Source: a candidate division WWE3 bacterium (GTDB lineage Bacteria; Patescibacteriota; WWE3; UBA101185; UBA10185). From it: a stretch of DNA of 64,000 bases. The position numbers and the translations under genes are program-made. Positions 46,790-56,018 of this stretch are shown in pieces. Within the stretch, counting starts at the first letter, position 1, and every line of letters starts with the position of its first letter. The notes beneath the pieces are model-generated. The model saw nothing but the letters and a program-made list of their open reading frames with translations. It was not told the DNA's origin and made no database searches. Where the stretch lies: the NCBI GenBank assembly GCA_014729135.1, contig WJKK01000001.1:455599-519598 (forward strand), read 5' to 3'.

Positions 46790-48211
46790 ATGAAGGTACC
46801 GCAGCACATTTTTAGAAAATATGACATTCGCGGTTTATATCCTGAAGATATTAATAAGGATAATGCCTATTTGATTGGCTTGGCTATTGGTTCCATTTTT
46901 AAGGCGAGGGGTTATGCCTCTTGTGCTTTGGGGTGGGACAATAGAGATAGTTCTGAGGCCCTTCGTGATTCTGTTTCTTTTGGGCTTTCTGATATGGGAA
47001 TAAACGTGAAGCAGTTGGGGATAGTGCCTACTCCGCTTGTGTATTTTATGACTTGTGAGGATGACGTTGATTGTGGTGTGCAAATTACGGCAAGCCATAA
47101 TCCGAAGCAATTTAATGGGGTTAAGTCTGTGCACAATGATGCCTATAAGTTTGCACCTGAGGAGACTCAAGAGATTTATAAGCGTGTTTTGGAGTTTAAA
47201 GAGCAGGGGATTTCTTTGGAGGATCGGTTTGAAGATGCTTCTGCCACTGCGTCTGGTGAAATTTCGGATTTTTCCGATGCCGTAAGTCGTTATGTTAGTT
47301 ATTTTGTGAATCATTTTGAATTTGACCGTCCTTTAAAAGTAGTTTTAGGTTGCGGGCATGGCTCTTGTAGTGAAATTGCTCCTTTAATTTTTGAGAGTTT
47401 GGGTTGCGAAGTGATTTCAGAGGATTGTTTCTTGGATTCCGATTTTCCCAATGGAATGGCTAATCCGGAGGATCCTGCTTTTATGGAGCGTTTATCGTCT
47501 TTGGTAACAAAACACGACGCAGATCTAGGCATCGGTTTTGATAGTGATGGTGATAGAGTTGGCTTTATTGATGAGAAAGGGAGGCCTGTTCCTATGGCGG
47601 AAGTTTTGGCGCTTTTTACGCAGGAGGTTATGGAAGTTTATCCGGGGGAGGATGTAATTTATGATGTTAAGTTTAGTCCTTTAGTAGGAGATGTAATTGA
47701 GTCTTTGGGAGGTAATCCTATTCAGGTGGCTACGGGGCATCCTAATATTGACCCGCGTATCAAAGGGGGAGCAGCTTTGGGGGCGGAGTTTTCAGCACAC
47801 ATTTATTTTGGGCATGTTTATAGGAATCACGATGATGGGATTTATGCAGCTGCGCGCCTTTTGAAGGTTTTAGACGCGCGCAGTAAGCCTCTTTCTAGTT
47901 TGGTGGGGTTTTTACCGGAACGTTCTTCTTCTCCCGAGTACAAGATTCCCTGTCCCGAAGAGGATAAATGGCGGGTGATTGACTCCTTGGTTGACACGGT
48001 AAAAAAGGATTTTTCAGATGTTCTTACTTTGGATGGTGTAAAAGCTCGATTAACAAAGGGTGCTTGGTTTTTAATTCGTGCTTCCAATACATCGCCTTAT
48101 TTAAGTGTTCGCATGGAGGGTTCTTCACCGGAAGAGCTTGAAATGGTGAAGTCTAATGTTTTGCAAATTTTACGGAAGCATCCTGTGTTGGATTTAACTT
48201 CTTTGGTCTAG
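46790..48211 (+). CDS. phosphomannomutase/phosphoglucomutase (alpha-D-phosphohexomutase)
   Basis: Active-site 'ITASHNP', metal-binding 'GFDSDGDR' and sugar-binding 'GAEFSAHIYF'. Confidence 0.85.
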   Translation: MKVPQHIFRKYDIRGLYPEDINKDNAYLIGLAIGSIFKARGYASCALGWDNRDSSEALRDSVSFGLSDMGINVKQLGIVPTPLVYFMTCEDDVDCGVQITASHNPKQFNGVKSVHNDAYKFAPEETQEIYKRVLEFKEQGISLEDRFEDASATASGEISDFSDAVSRYVSYFVNHFEFDRPLKVVLGCGHGSCSEIAPLIFESLGCEVISEDCFLDSDFPNGMANPEDPAFMERLSSLVTKHDADLGIGFDSDGDRVGFIDEKGRPVPMAEVLALFTQEVMEVYPGEDVIYDVKFSPLVGDVIESLGGNPIQVATGHPNIDPRIKGGAALGAEFSAHIYFGHVYRNHDDGIYAAARLLKVLDARSKPLSSLVGFLPERSSSPEYKIPCPEEDKWRVIDSLVDTVKKDFSDVLTLDGVKARLTKGAWFLIRASNTSPYLSVRMEGSSPEELEMVKSNVLQILRKHPVLDLTSLV

Positions 48212-48359
48212 GGGGATCTTCTTTCTAAGGTGACAAACCCCTTTTCGTTTCCACGACTTCGCTTCGCTCCGAAATGTCACCGAAAAGGGGCCCATCACCT
48301 TATACGTATTTTCCAAATCATTGCAGGAAAAACCCACCTTGTATATACTTTAGTTATAT

Positions 48360-50628
48360 GAATAAATCCACTGCCCACATTCTCAAATTTTCCGATATTA
48401 GAAAAGCCGACCTTCCCTATGTTGGAGGTAAAGGGGCAAACCTTGGTGAGATGTTTGCTGCAGGCATTCCCGTTCCTGATGGTTTTGTAGTTACAGCAAA
48501 AGCTTATTTTGATTTTCTGGATACCACTTCTCTTAGACAAAAGATTCTCACAGAACTATCCGGTTTAAATACAGATGACTCTAATGCTCTATCTCAGGCG
48601 TCTAAAAATATAAAAACTGCAATTTTAGCAGCAAAAATGCCTGATTCTCTAAAAGAAGAAATCCGCAAAGCCTATCATCATCTTTCAGGAGATCACAATG
48701 CTTTGGTAGCTGTTAGATCCTCCGCTACGGCTGAAGACCTTCCGGATGCCTCGTTTGCAGGTCAACAGGAGACCTATCTAAATATTGAAGGAACTGAGGA
48801 TGTTGTTGAACATGTGCAAAAATGTTGGGCATCCCTTTTTGAGGCTCGGGCAATTTTTTACCGTACGGAAAATGGATTTGATCATCTTAAGGTTGGCATA
48901 GCAGTTCCGGTGCAGCTAATGGTTCAGTCGGAAGTTTCCGGAATTATGTTTACGGTTAATCCGCTGACTAACAATCGTGACGAGGTCTCTGTGGAGGCTG
49001 CTTTTGGGTTAGGTCAGCCCATTGTTTCCGGAGAGGTCACGCCGGATCAATTCATAGTTGACAAAGAATCCGGTGAAATAAAGTCAAAACATCTCTCCTT
49101 GCAGAAGTGGCAGCTGACTCAAGCCGGTAAAACTCCTATAGCAAAGGCACATCAAAAGGTTCAGAAGCTGGATGATTCTCATGTGAAGGAGCTTGCTCAA
49201 CTGGGTGTGAAAATTGAAGATCATTATGGGCGTCCTCAGGATATCGAGTGGGCTATGGAGGGTGGAGAGCTTTTAATAGTGCAGTCGCGTCCGGTTACAA
49301 CTTTGAAGCGCAAAAAAGAGGAGGAGGTTACAGTAGTAAATCCTGATGAAGCTGCAAAGTTTATTCTGGAGGGTTTGGGGGCTTCTCCGGGAGTAGCTTC
49401 AGGCCCGGTTAAAGTGATAAAGGATGCTTCCGAAATTTCCAAAGTTAAAAAAGGTGATGTTTTGGTTGCGGTTATGACTAATCCGGATTTTGTGCCGGCA
49501 ATGCGTAGAGCCTGTGCAATTTTAACGGATGAGGGTGGGCGAACTTCTCATGCTGCTATTGTTAGTCGCGAGCTTGGAATTCCCGCTATAGTTGGCTCTC
49601 AACAGGCTACTTCTATGCTAAGTCCCGGTGAGGTTATAACGGTGGATGGCTCCAATGGGAAGGTTTATTCAGATGATGTTACCAAAGTAGAAAAGGTGGA
49701 AGTTGAGGATATTGATTATGAAAGTCTAAAGACGGCTACAAAGATTTATATGAACTTGGCAGAGCCTGATTTGGCTGCGGAAATGGCTGAAAAAAATGTG
49801 GATGGTGTGGGGCTTTTGCGCGCGGAGTTTATGATTGCTCAAATTGGGAAGCATCCACGAAAGTTTATTAAGGAGGGTAAGCAGCAGGAGTTTATTGATG
49901 CATTAACGGAGGGTCTTACTCGATTTGCCGAAGCTTTTGATCCTCGTCCTGTGGTCTACAGATTTACGGACTTTCGAACTAATGAATATGCTAATTTGGA
50001 GGGCGGTCAGGAGTTTGAAAAAGATGAGCCTAATCCAATGATTGGCTTTAGAGGAGTTAGCCGTTACATAGAAGATGACGATGTTTTTGAGTTGGAACTT
50101 GAGGCAATTAAGAAGGTTCGCAATAAGTTGGGGCATAAGAATTTGCATGTGATGTACCCTTTTGTACGTACAGTGGATCAGCTTAAAGAAGTTAAAAAGA
50201 TTACAGCTGCTTCCGGTTTACAGCGAGGTCCCTCTTTTAAGGTCTGGATGATGGTGGAGATTCCCTCTAACGTAATTTTGCTGGATGACTTCATTGACGT
50301 GGGAATTGATGGCGTTTCTGTTGGTACCAATGATTTGACGATGCTTACTTTGGGAGTTGATAGGGATAATGAGCGTGTTGCTAACGTTTATAGCGAGATG
50401 AATCCGGCGGTTTTGCAGAGTTTGGAAAAAATTGTTAAGACTTGTAGAAAACGTAAAGTTACATGTTCGATTTGTGGTCAGGCGCCCTCTGTTTATCCTG
50501 AATTGGTTAAGATGTTGGCGGATTGGGGAATTACTTCCATTTCGGTGAGTCCCGATGTTTTAAACAAAACACGAAAGATTGTTTATGATGCTGAACATGA
50601 GGTTTTAAAGAAGGCGGGTAAGAAGTAG
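48360..50628 (+). CDS. ppsA: phosphoenolpyruvate synthase (pyruvate, water dikinase); a PPDK-like alternative is not excluded
   Basis: 'YVGGKGANLGEM', phosphohistidine domain 'GGRTSHAAIVSRELGIPAIVG' and PEP-utilizing C-terminus 'CGQAPS'. Start taken at ATG 48360; the track ORF opens at 48274. Confidence 0.75.
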
Positions 50629-50676
50629 TGGTTTTTGGCGGAGTTTCAGAAGCCTTTAACTTTAGCAACAGATTTT

Positions 50677-51939
50677 ATGAGTTTAATTAAGTCAATTACT
50701 GCCTATAAAGTTTTAAATTCCCGTAGTGACTGGACGGTTAGGGCGCAGGTGACTCTAGAGGATGGTACGGTTGCAAGTCAGACGGTTCCTGAAGGTGCTT
50801 CTAAAGGGGAAAATGAGTCTATTTCGGTTCCTATTGATGAGGCAATTAGAAATATTCGCATTGACATAGCGCCTGCTCTTGTAGGCAAGTCTCCTTTTAA
50901 TCAGCGTGATATTGACGAAACCATGATTAAGCTGGATGGTACTGATAATGACTCTAATTTAGGTGGGAATGCGGTTTTGGCGGTTTCTTTAGCTGTTGCT
51001 AAGGTGGCTGCTAAGTCTCAAGGGAAGGAGCTTTATACGTATTTGCGGGATTTGTATTTGGAAGGTAATGATAGTGCTGATTCCGGCGAGGCTCCTAAGG
51101 GCTCGGACTTTAAGTTTCCAACTCCGGTTTTTAACATTTTAAATGGTGGAAAGCATGCGCAAAATGGGCTTCCCTTTCAGGAGTTTATGGTTATTCCTGC
51201 TATGAATTTATCTTACGAGAAAAAGTTGGAGGTTGGTGTTGCTTGTTACAAGACTTTAAAGGAGCATCTTCATTCGGAGGATCTTTCCATTGGTGTTGGT
51301 GATGAGGGTGGTTTTGCTCCTGTAGGTTTGTCGGTTAAGGAGGCTTTGGATAAGCTGGTTTCTGCTGTTAAGGAGGCAAATTTTACTTTAGGCAAGGATG
51401 TTTTTTTGGGAACGGATGTGGCAGCGGGCAGTTTTTATGATCAGGAGCGTAGTTTGTACATTTTTGAGGATGCCGGTATGGAGCTTACTACTGATGAGTT
51501 TTTTGACTTTTATGAAGGCCTTTTAAAGGATTATCCTTTGATTTACGTGGAGGATCCCTTATTTGAAGCTGATTTTGCTGCTTGGCATAAGTTTTTTGGT
51601 CGCTTTAAGGAGAAAACCATGGTAGTTGGGGATGATTTGGTTGTAACTAATGCTAAGATTTTGGAAAAGGCTCTGCAGGAAAAGACTATTAATGCGGTTA
51701 TTGTGAAGCCTAATCAGGTGGGCAGTTTAACGGAGACTTTTGATTTTGTTCGTTTAGCACAGGAAAATGGTTTGGTGGTTACGGTTTCTCACCGGAGTGG
51801 TGATACAGCAGAGGATACCTTTGTTTCGGATTTAGCGCTGGCTGTGGGAGCTGACTTTGTTAAGTTTGGTGCTACAGCACGTGGAGAGCGTGTTGTTAAG
51901 TACAACCGAATTCTGGAAATCTACCACCAAAAAACTTAG
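50677..51939 (+). CDS. eno: enolase
   Basis: 'KPNQVGSLTETFDFVRLAQENGLVVTVSHRSGDTAEDTFVSDLALAVGA' plus N-terminal 'ITAYKVLNSRSDWTV'. ATG 50677 is preferred over the TTG at 50635 used by the track. Confidence 0.85.
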   Translation: MSLIKSITAYKVLNSRSDWTVRAQVTLEDGTVASQTVPEGASKGENESISVPIDEAIRNIRIDIAPALVGKSPFNQRDIDETMIKLDGTDNDSNLGGNAVLAVSLAVAKVAAKSQGKELYTYLRDLYLEGNDSADSGEAPKGSDFKFPTPVFNILNGGKHAQNGLPFQEFMVIPAMNLSYEKKLEVGVACYKTLKEHLHSEDLSIGVGDEGGFAPVGLSVKEALDKLVSAVKEANFTLGKDVFLGTDVAAGSFYDQERSLYIFEDAGMELTTDEFFDFYEGLLKDYPLIYVEDPLFEADFAAWHKFFGRFKEKTMVVGDDLVVTNAKILEKALQEKTINAVIVKPNQVGSLTETFDFVRLAQENGLVVTVSHRSGDTAEDTFVSDLALAVGADFVKFGATARGERVVKYNRILEIYHQKT

Positions 51940-52055
51940 ATCTCAATTACGACTATTGCTGTTTATCTGGATATATTTTTTATGACTTGCATAAACTTAT
52001 CTTGGATTTTAGTATTGGTGTATATCAAATTATTTAGTAAAGGAAAGGGCAAATC

Positions 52056-53166
52056 ATGTTGAAGGATCCTAGAAATACAAATTTAGCTAAGGTGTTAGTT
52101 GAGCATTCCCTAGAGGTTGGTAAAGGTGATAATGTAGTTATTTCTACTTCCGATCTTTCCACCGGGTTGTTGGGTATTAAAGTATGATTCTGATGATTTT
52201 GGGGACAAAATTTTTGTACGAAGTAATGGGACTAAGGTTTATACTGCAAAAGATACCGCTTATCATCTTTGGAAGTTTGGCCTTTTGGGTAAGGACTTTT
52301 TATATAAATTATGGGATTCTGAATCCTTGACTCAGCCGACTTATCGGACTTCCCTGGAAGGTAAATCTTTCGATTCCTTCGGTAGTGCGGATATCATTGT
52401 TAACTTGATCGATGAACGTCAAACATATCCTCAAGAGATGGTTAAGCATGCCCTACATAGTTTGGGTTATGCAGAAGAGGCTGCGGAATATAATCACATA
52501 GCGTATGGAGTTGTTTCACTTTCAAAGGATACCGCGGAAGCTCTCGGAGTGGAAGTTTCGGATGACAAAGAAGTTTATGCTATGTCCGGTCGTAAGGGAA
52601 TCGGAGTAAAGGTTACCGATTTACTTGATTTATTGTGTAAGGAAATTTCGCAAATCCAGAGGAAATCCGGAGTTGATTTAACAGATCCAGATCTTGCCTC
52701 CTCTCAAGAGATAGCATTGGCAGCTATAAAGCACTATATGCTAAAAAATAATCCCTACACACCTATCTTGTTTGATTACAAGCAGGCGCTGAAATTAGTG
52801 GGGAATACAGGTCCTTACCTTCAGTATTCTCATGCACGTGCTTGCAGTATCTTAAAGAAATTTGAGCCCTTTGACACTAGTTGTACTAAGGGAGCGGAAC
52901 TTGCCTCAACTGAAGAGGCATTGTTAAAAGATTTGGAAAGTTGGCCTTTTATAGTAGGTCGTGTCTTGGAGGACTTCAACTTAGCCATTTTGTCGGAGTA
53001 TGCCTTTACTTTAGCGCAATCTTTCCACACGTTTTATGAGCATAACAATGTCTCTCAGTCAGAAGGTTCTGTTAAAAATTTTCGTCTAACCTTGATTCTG
53101 GCTTTTACTAAAGTTATGCAAGAGGTTTTGCAGGTTATGGGTATTTCTGCTCCTAAAAGGATGTAG
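52056..53166 (+). pseudogene. argS: chimeric gene remnant. The first ~29 codons (ATG 52056) look like an M29 aminopeptidase N-terminus and are fused in frame to the middle of arginine--tRNA ligase. A +1 frameshift (extra T at ~52258-52261) follows, then an intact 293-aa ArgRS C-terminal half. The HIGH region is absent.
   Basis: Frame 0: 'MLKDPRNTNLAKVLVEHSLEVGKGDNVVI' is AmpS/PepS-like. 'GCWVLKYDSDDFGDKIFVRSNGTKVYTAKDTA' is the ArgRS 'GALWFDL..FGD..V.RKSDGT.TY.TRDIAYH' block. Frame +1: 'YHLWKFG...', 'AMSGRKGIGVKVTDLLDL' and the DALR anticodon-binding 'GPYLQYSHARACSILKKF'. Only 340 nt separate the enolase stop from this block, so about 280 N-terminal ArgRS codons are missing. Confidence 0.6.
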
Positions 53167-53170
53167 TTTC

Positions 53171-54550
53171 TTACTCAATCACATAAGCAGCATAGTCTTG
53201 GCCTAGTTGAGTTTCTATAGTTGCAGTTTCCTCATCGCTTAATTCTTCAAAGTACTTTCTAAAACATCGAATAGAGTTTCCATGACAAGAAACTGCTACA
53301 TTAATCTGTTTTTCCTTCATTTCCTTAACGAGATCCTCTGCAAAAGCGCTAACACGTTTATAAACCATGCCAATGCTTTCTCCATGTGGGGGCTGTCCAT
53401 GATAAGTCCTTCTAATACGATGCAAAAACTCCGGATCCTTTTTATGCCACTCTAACTTACTTTGTCCCTGTAAATCACCATAGGAGCGCTCTTTAATACG
53501 TTCATCCTTTTCAATTTTTAAGTTCTTAGCGCTTTCATTTTTAGACATTGCAATTTTCATAGTTTGGAGTGCTCGCTTTTGCGGGGAAGATATTAGCTTA
53601 TCTATTTTTTTATCCTTTAACTTTTCTGCCAAAACTTCCGCCTGCTCTTCTCCTCTTTCTGTTATTGGAGCTGTTCTCCATCCGCTAAAGACGTATTTTT
53701 TATTGTCTACACTTTCACCATGCCTAAAAATATACAAAGTAGGTTTCTCATTGGATTCCTCTTTAGGCAGTTCATCTACCTCACGATACTCTAAACGAGC
53801 TTCTACTTCTGCTAATTCTTCCTTTGTTATTTCAGGAACCGGCTTATTCTTTAACTCTTTGTACTTTGCTAAAATCTCCGGATGATCTTTTTCATTTGGA
53901 ACTTCTTTCAACAGAGTTCCCTTCTCGCGCTTTCTATAAAAGTAGTAAAACCCTACGGCTAGGGCAGCTAAAAACAGTATTTCCATAATAGTAGAAGCAC
54001 TCTCAATCCCCTCAGATAACTGCTCGGAAGCAGCTAATCCCGTAAAGCCTAAATAAAGGAAAAACAAGTTTCTAACAATGCTTCCTAAAAAAGTTCCAAC
54101 AGCAAAAACTTTATAGTTTAATTTAATTAATCCGCAAACCACCGAAATAGGGGAGCTTGGCATAACAGGGATGCTTCTTAAAATTGTAAGAGTGGTGTAG
54201 TCTCTGGTGGTACCTTCAAAGCGGGAGCCAATTTTTTCTACATGTTTATGAGAGATTCCTAAGAACTTGCCAAATTTGCCAACGACTAAGTCTTCTCCCA
54301 AGTCAGCTAAAAAGTATAAAACGCTTGCACCTATGACTCTTCCAAAAGCGCCAAAAACTGCTACTACTCCTAAATACCAAAGAGCCTTTTGCTGCGCCTG
54401 CGCTATGCTTCCTGTGGCGGTCATTACAAAGGGGGAGGGGATTGGTGCAATAATCTCCTCGACAATTGTTCCTAGGACGCTAAAAAGTTCTAAGGGAATT
54501 GATCTTGCTAATGTTTCCAGATATGTGGTTATTTCAGTTATGAAATGCAT
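53171..54550 (-). CDS. fusion protein: DedA/SNARE-associated (TVP38-like) membrane domain + 2,3-bisphosphoglycerate-dependent phosphoglycerate mutase-like histidine phosphatase domain
   Basis: Residues 1-200 have DedA-like TM helices. Residues ~265-459: 'LYIFRHGESVDNKKYVFSGWRTAPITERGEEQA' (RHG catalytic motif; compare GpmA 'RHGESQWNKENRFTGW'), 'ERSYGDLQG' and 'HGNSIRCF'. Single uninterrupted frame with no internal Met/RBS. Confidence 0.7.
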   Translation of the reverse strand: MHFITEITTYLETLARSIPLELFSVLGTIVEEIIAPIPSPFVMTATGSIAQAQQKALWYLGVVAVFGAFGRVIGASVLYFLADLGEDLVVGKFGKFLGISHKHVEKIGSRFEGTTRDYTTLTILRSIPVMPSSPISVVCGLIKLNYKVFAVGTFLGSIVRNLFFLYLGFTGLAASEQLSEGIESASTIMEILFLAALAVGFYYFYRKREKGTLLKEVPNEKDHPEILAKYKELKNKPVPEITKEELAEVEARLEYREVDELPKEESNEKPTLYIFRHGESVDNKKYVFSGWRTAPITERGEEQAEVLAEKLKDKKIDKLISSPQKRALQTMKIAMSKNESAKNLKIEKDERIKERSYGDLQGQSKLEWHKKDPEFLHRIRRTYHGQPPHGESIGMVYKRVSAFAEDLVKEMKEKQINVAVSCHGNSIRCFRKYFEELSDEETATIETQLGQDYAAYVIE

Positions 54551-54601
54551 GTAATTAGCTTACATGAGGTTTTATGCAAAGCCAAGTTATTTCCGATCTT
54601 G

Positions 54602-55234
54602 TTATTTAGCGTATTTTCTTACAACTCCTGTGACCTTACCCTGAATTTGCAAGTCTTTAGCGTCAACAAAAATAGGATCCATCTTTGAATTTGCCGGTTG
54701 CAATCTAATTTGACCCTTACCTTCATTATAGTAGCTTTTAAGTGTTGCAAATCCGTTGTCAATAAGTGCCACAACAATATCTCCATCTTTTGCTGTGTTT
54801 TGCTGCTGAATAACAACGTAATCTCCATCAAAGATTCCCTGATCAATCATAGAATCTCCCTTTACTTGCAAAACATAACATCTTCGATTTTTAGAAACCA
54901 AATCAGCTGAAACCATTACAGTTTCCAGCGAGTTTTCAATAGCCTCAATTGGTTCTCCTGCGGCAATATAACCAACCAAAGGAAGTTCTATACCCTGTAA
55001 AGAAGTGTCAATAAGCTCCGTAATGATTTCAATTCCTCTAACTGCTCCATCGTAGCGCTTAATAAAACCTTTCTTTTCTAAAGCACTTAAATGTTCATGC
55101 ACTGTTGCTAGTGAGGAAAGCCCCATGGCATCAGCAATTTCTTGTAAAGTGGGAGAAGTATTATTCTTTTGAATAAACTGGGAAACGAAATTTAGTACTT
55201 GTTTTTGCCTTTTGTAAAGAGTTACGGGACTCAT
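54602..55234 (-). CDS. lexA: LexA repressor (S24 peptidase)
   Basis: wHTH N-terminus 'LQEIADAMGLSSLATVHEHLSALEKKGFI', catalytic 'GDSM' Ser and 'ATLKS' Lys. Confidence 0.9.
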   Translation of the reverse strand: MSPVTLYKRQKQVLNFVSQFIQKNNTSPTLQEIADAMGLSSLATVHEHLSALEKKGFIKRYDGAVRGIEIITELIDTSLQGIELPLVGYIAAGEPIEAIENSLETVMVSADLVSKNRRCYVLQVKGDSMIDQGIFDGDYVVIQQQNTAKDGDIVVALIDNGFATLKSYYNEGKGQIRLQPANSKMDPIFVDAKDLQIQGKVTGVVRKYAK

Positions 55235-55333
55235 TAGACCTCCTTTGTTAAATTGTTAAGTAATTCCCAAACTCATTTGTGACTTTGGGTTTTGTTTGTG
55301 TAAATTTAGTGTACCGAAAATTTTACGAAGGTG

Positions 55334-55939
55334 TCAAGAGTTTTGTTTTTTTAGGACATTTTCAAAGCTTATATTCAGATGTCGTTGTATAAAACGGATG
55401 TCCTCGGTATTGGTTGTTATTTGTCTGTGATTTGCAAAGTAGACTCTGGTTAAGTCTTTAATATCGTCCCTTATTCTTCTTTCTGTGGATTCGATCAGGG
55501 TTCTTAATGTTTTGTGATCTTGGAAGCGCTCGTCACTTGTTTTATAGTCAATCTCTTTAATTTCCTCCTTAAGATTTTTCTCCATGTTTTTCAGGTCATT
55601 TTCTACTTGTTTTAATTTATTTGCCAGCTTAGTCTGTTTTCCTTTAACTGACTTTAGGTCTGTTTTGACGCCTTTGATATCCGTTTTTAGGTCTGTTTTA
55701 ACGCCTATGATGTCCTCTTTTAAGTTTGCTTTAACGGCTTTGATATCCTCTTTCAGGTTTGTTTTAACACCTATGATATCCTCTTTTAGATCTGTTCTAA
55801 CGCTTTTGATATCCTCTTTTAACTCTTTTCTCAGAGCGTCAATCTTTGTGTTCAACTTAGTATCCAAGTCATTTATAAGGTTTGCTATTTCTTCAATTTG
55901 CATTACTTTAAATTTACCAAAACCCCCTAAACATGTCAA
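55334..55939 (-). CDS. hendecad (11-residue) repeat, K/D/E-rich coiled-coil/amphipathic-helix protein
   Basis: Six or more tandem 11-aa units 'VKTDLKEDIKG' (LKEDIKSVRTD / LKEDIIGVKTN / LKEDIKAVKAN ...). True start is probably Met13 (MQIEEIANL), directly behind TTGACA-17-TAAATT (leaderless). Confidence 0.6.
   Translation of the reverse strand: MTCLGGFGKFKVMQIEEIANLINDLDTKLNTKIDALRKELKEDIKSVRTDLKEDIIGVKTNLKEDIKAVKANLKEDIIGVKTDLKTDIKGVKTDLKSVKGKQTKLANKLKQVENDLKNMEKNLKEEIKEIDYKTSDERFQDHKTLRTLIESTERRIRDDIKDLTRVYFANHRQITTNTEDIRFIQRHLNISFENVLKKQNS
55625..55822. repeat. about six tandem 33-bp DNA repeats (e.g. GTCTGTTTTAACGCCTATGATGTCCTCTTTTAA) encoding the hendecad units
   Basis: Units phased at 55658, 55691, 55724, 55757 and 55790, with a degenerate unit at 55625. 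Confidence 0.75.
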
Positions 55940-56018
55940 TAGGAATTGTATTGTTTTAACAACAGCAATAAATCACATTAACAAATAAAACCCGAAAATA
56001 ATGTGCTAAAATCTGCAT

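Noticed and set aside
46835-48087. Multiple small ORFs overlapping the phosphomannomutase gene, and similar antisense ORFs inside ppsA, ftsI, GlyRS and the radical SAM gene
   Set aside because: Each is contained within a gene with strong family signatures. None has an SD or conserved features.
48274-48359. N-terminal extension of ppsA from 48274 (MSPKRGPSPYTYFPNHCRKNPPCIYFSY)
   Set aside because: The extension overlaps the conserved hairpin element and is unlike PEP-utilizing enzyme N-termini. ATG 48360 gives a canonical start (MNKSTAHILKF...).
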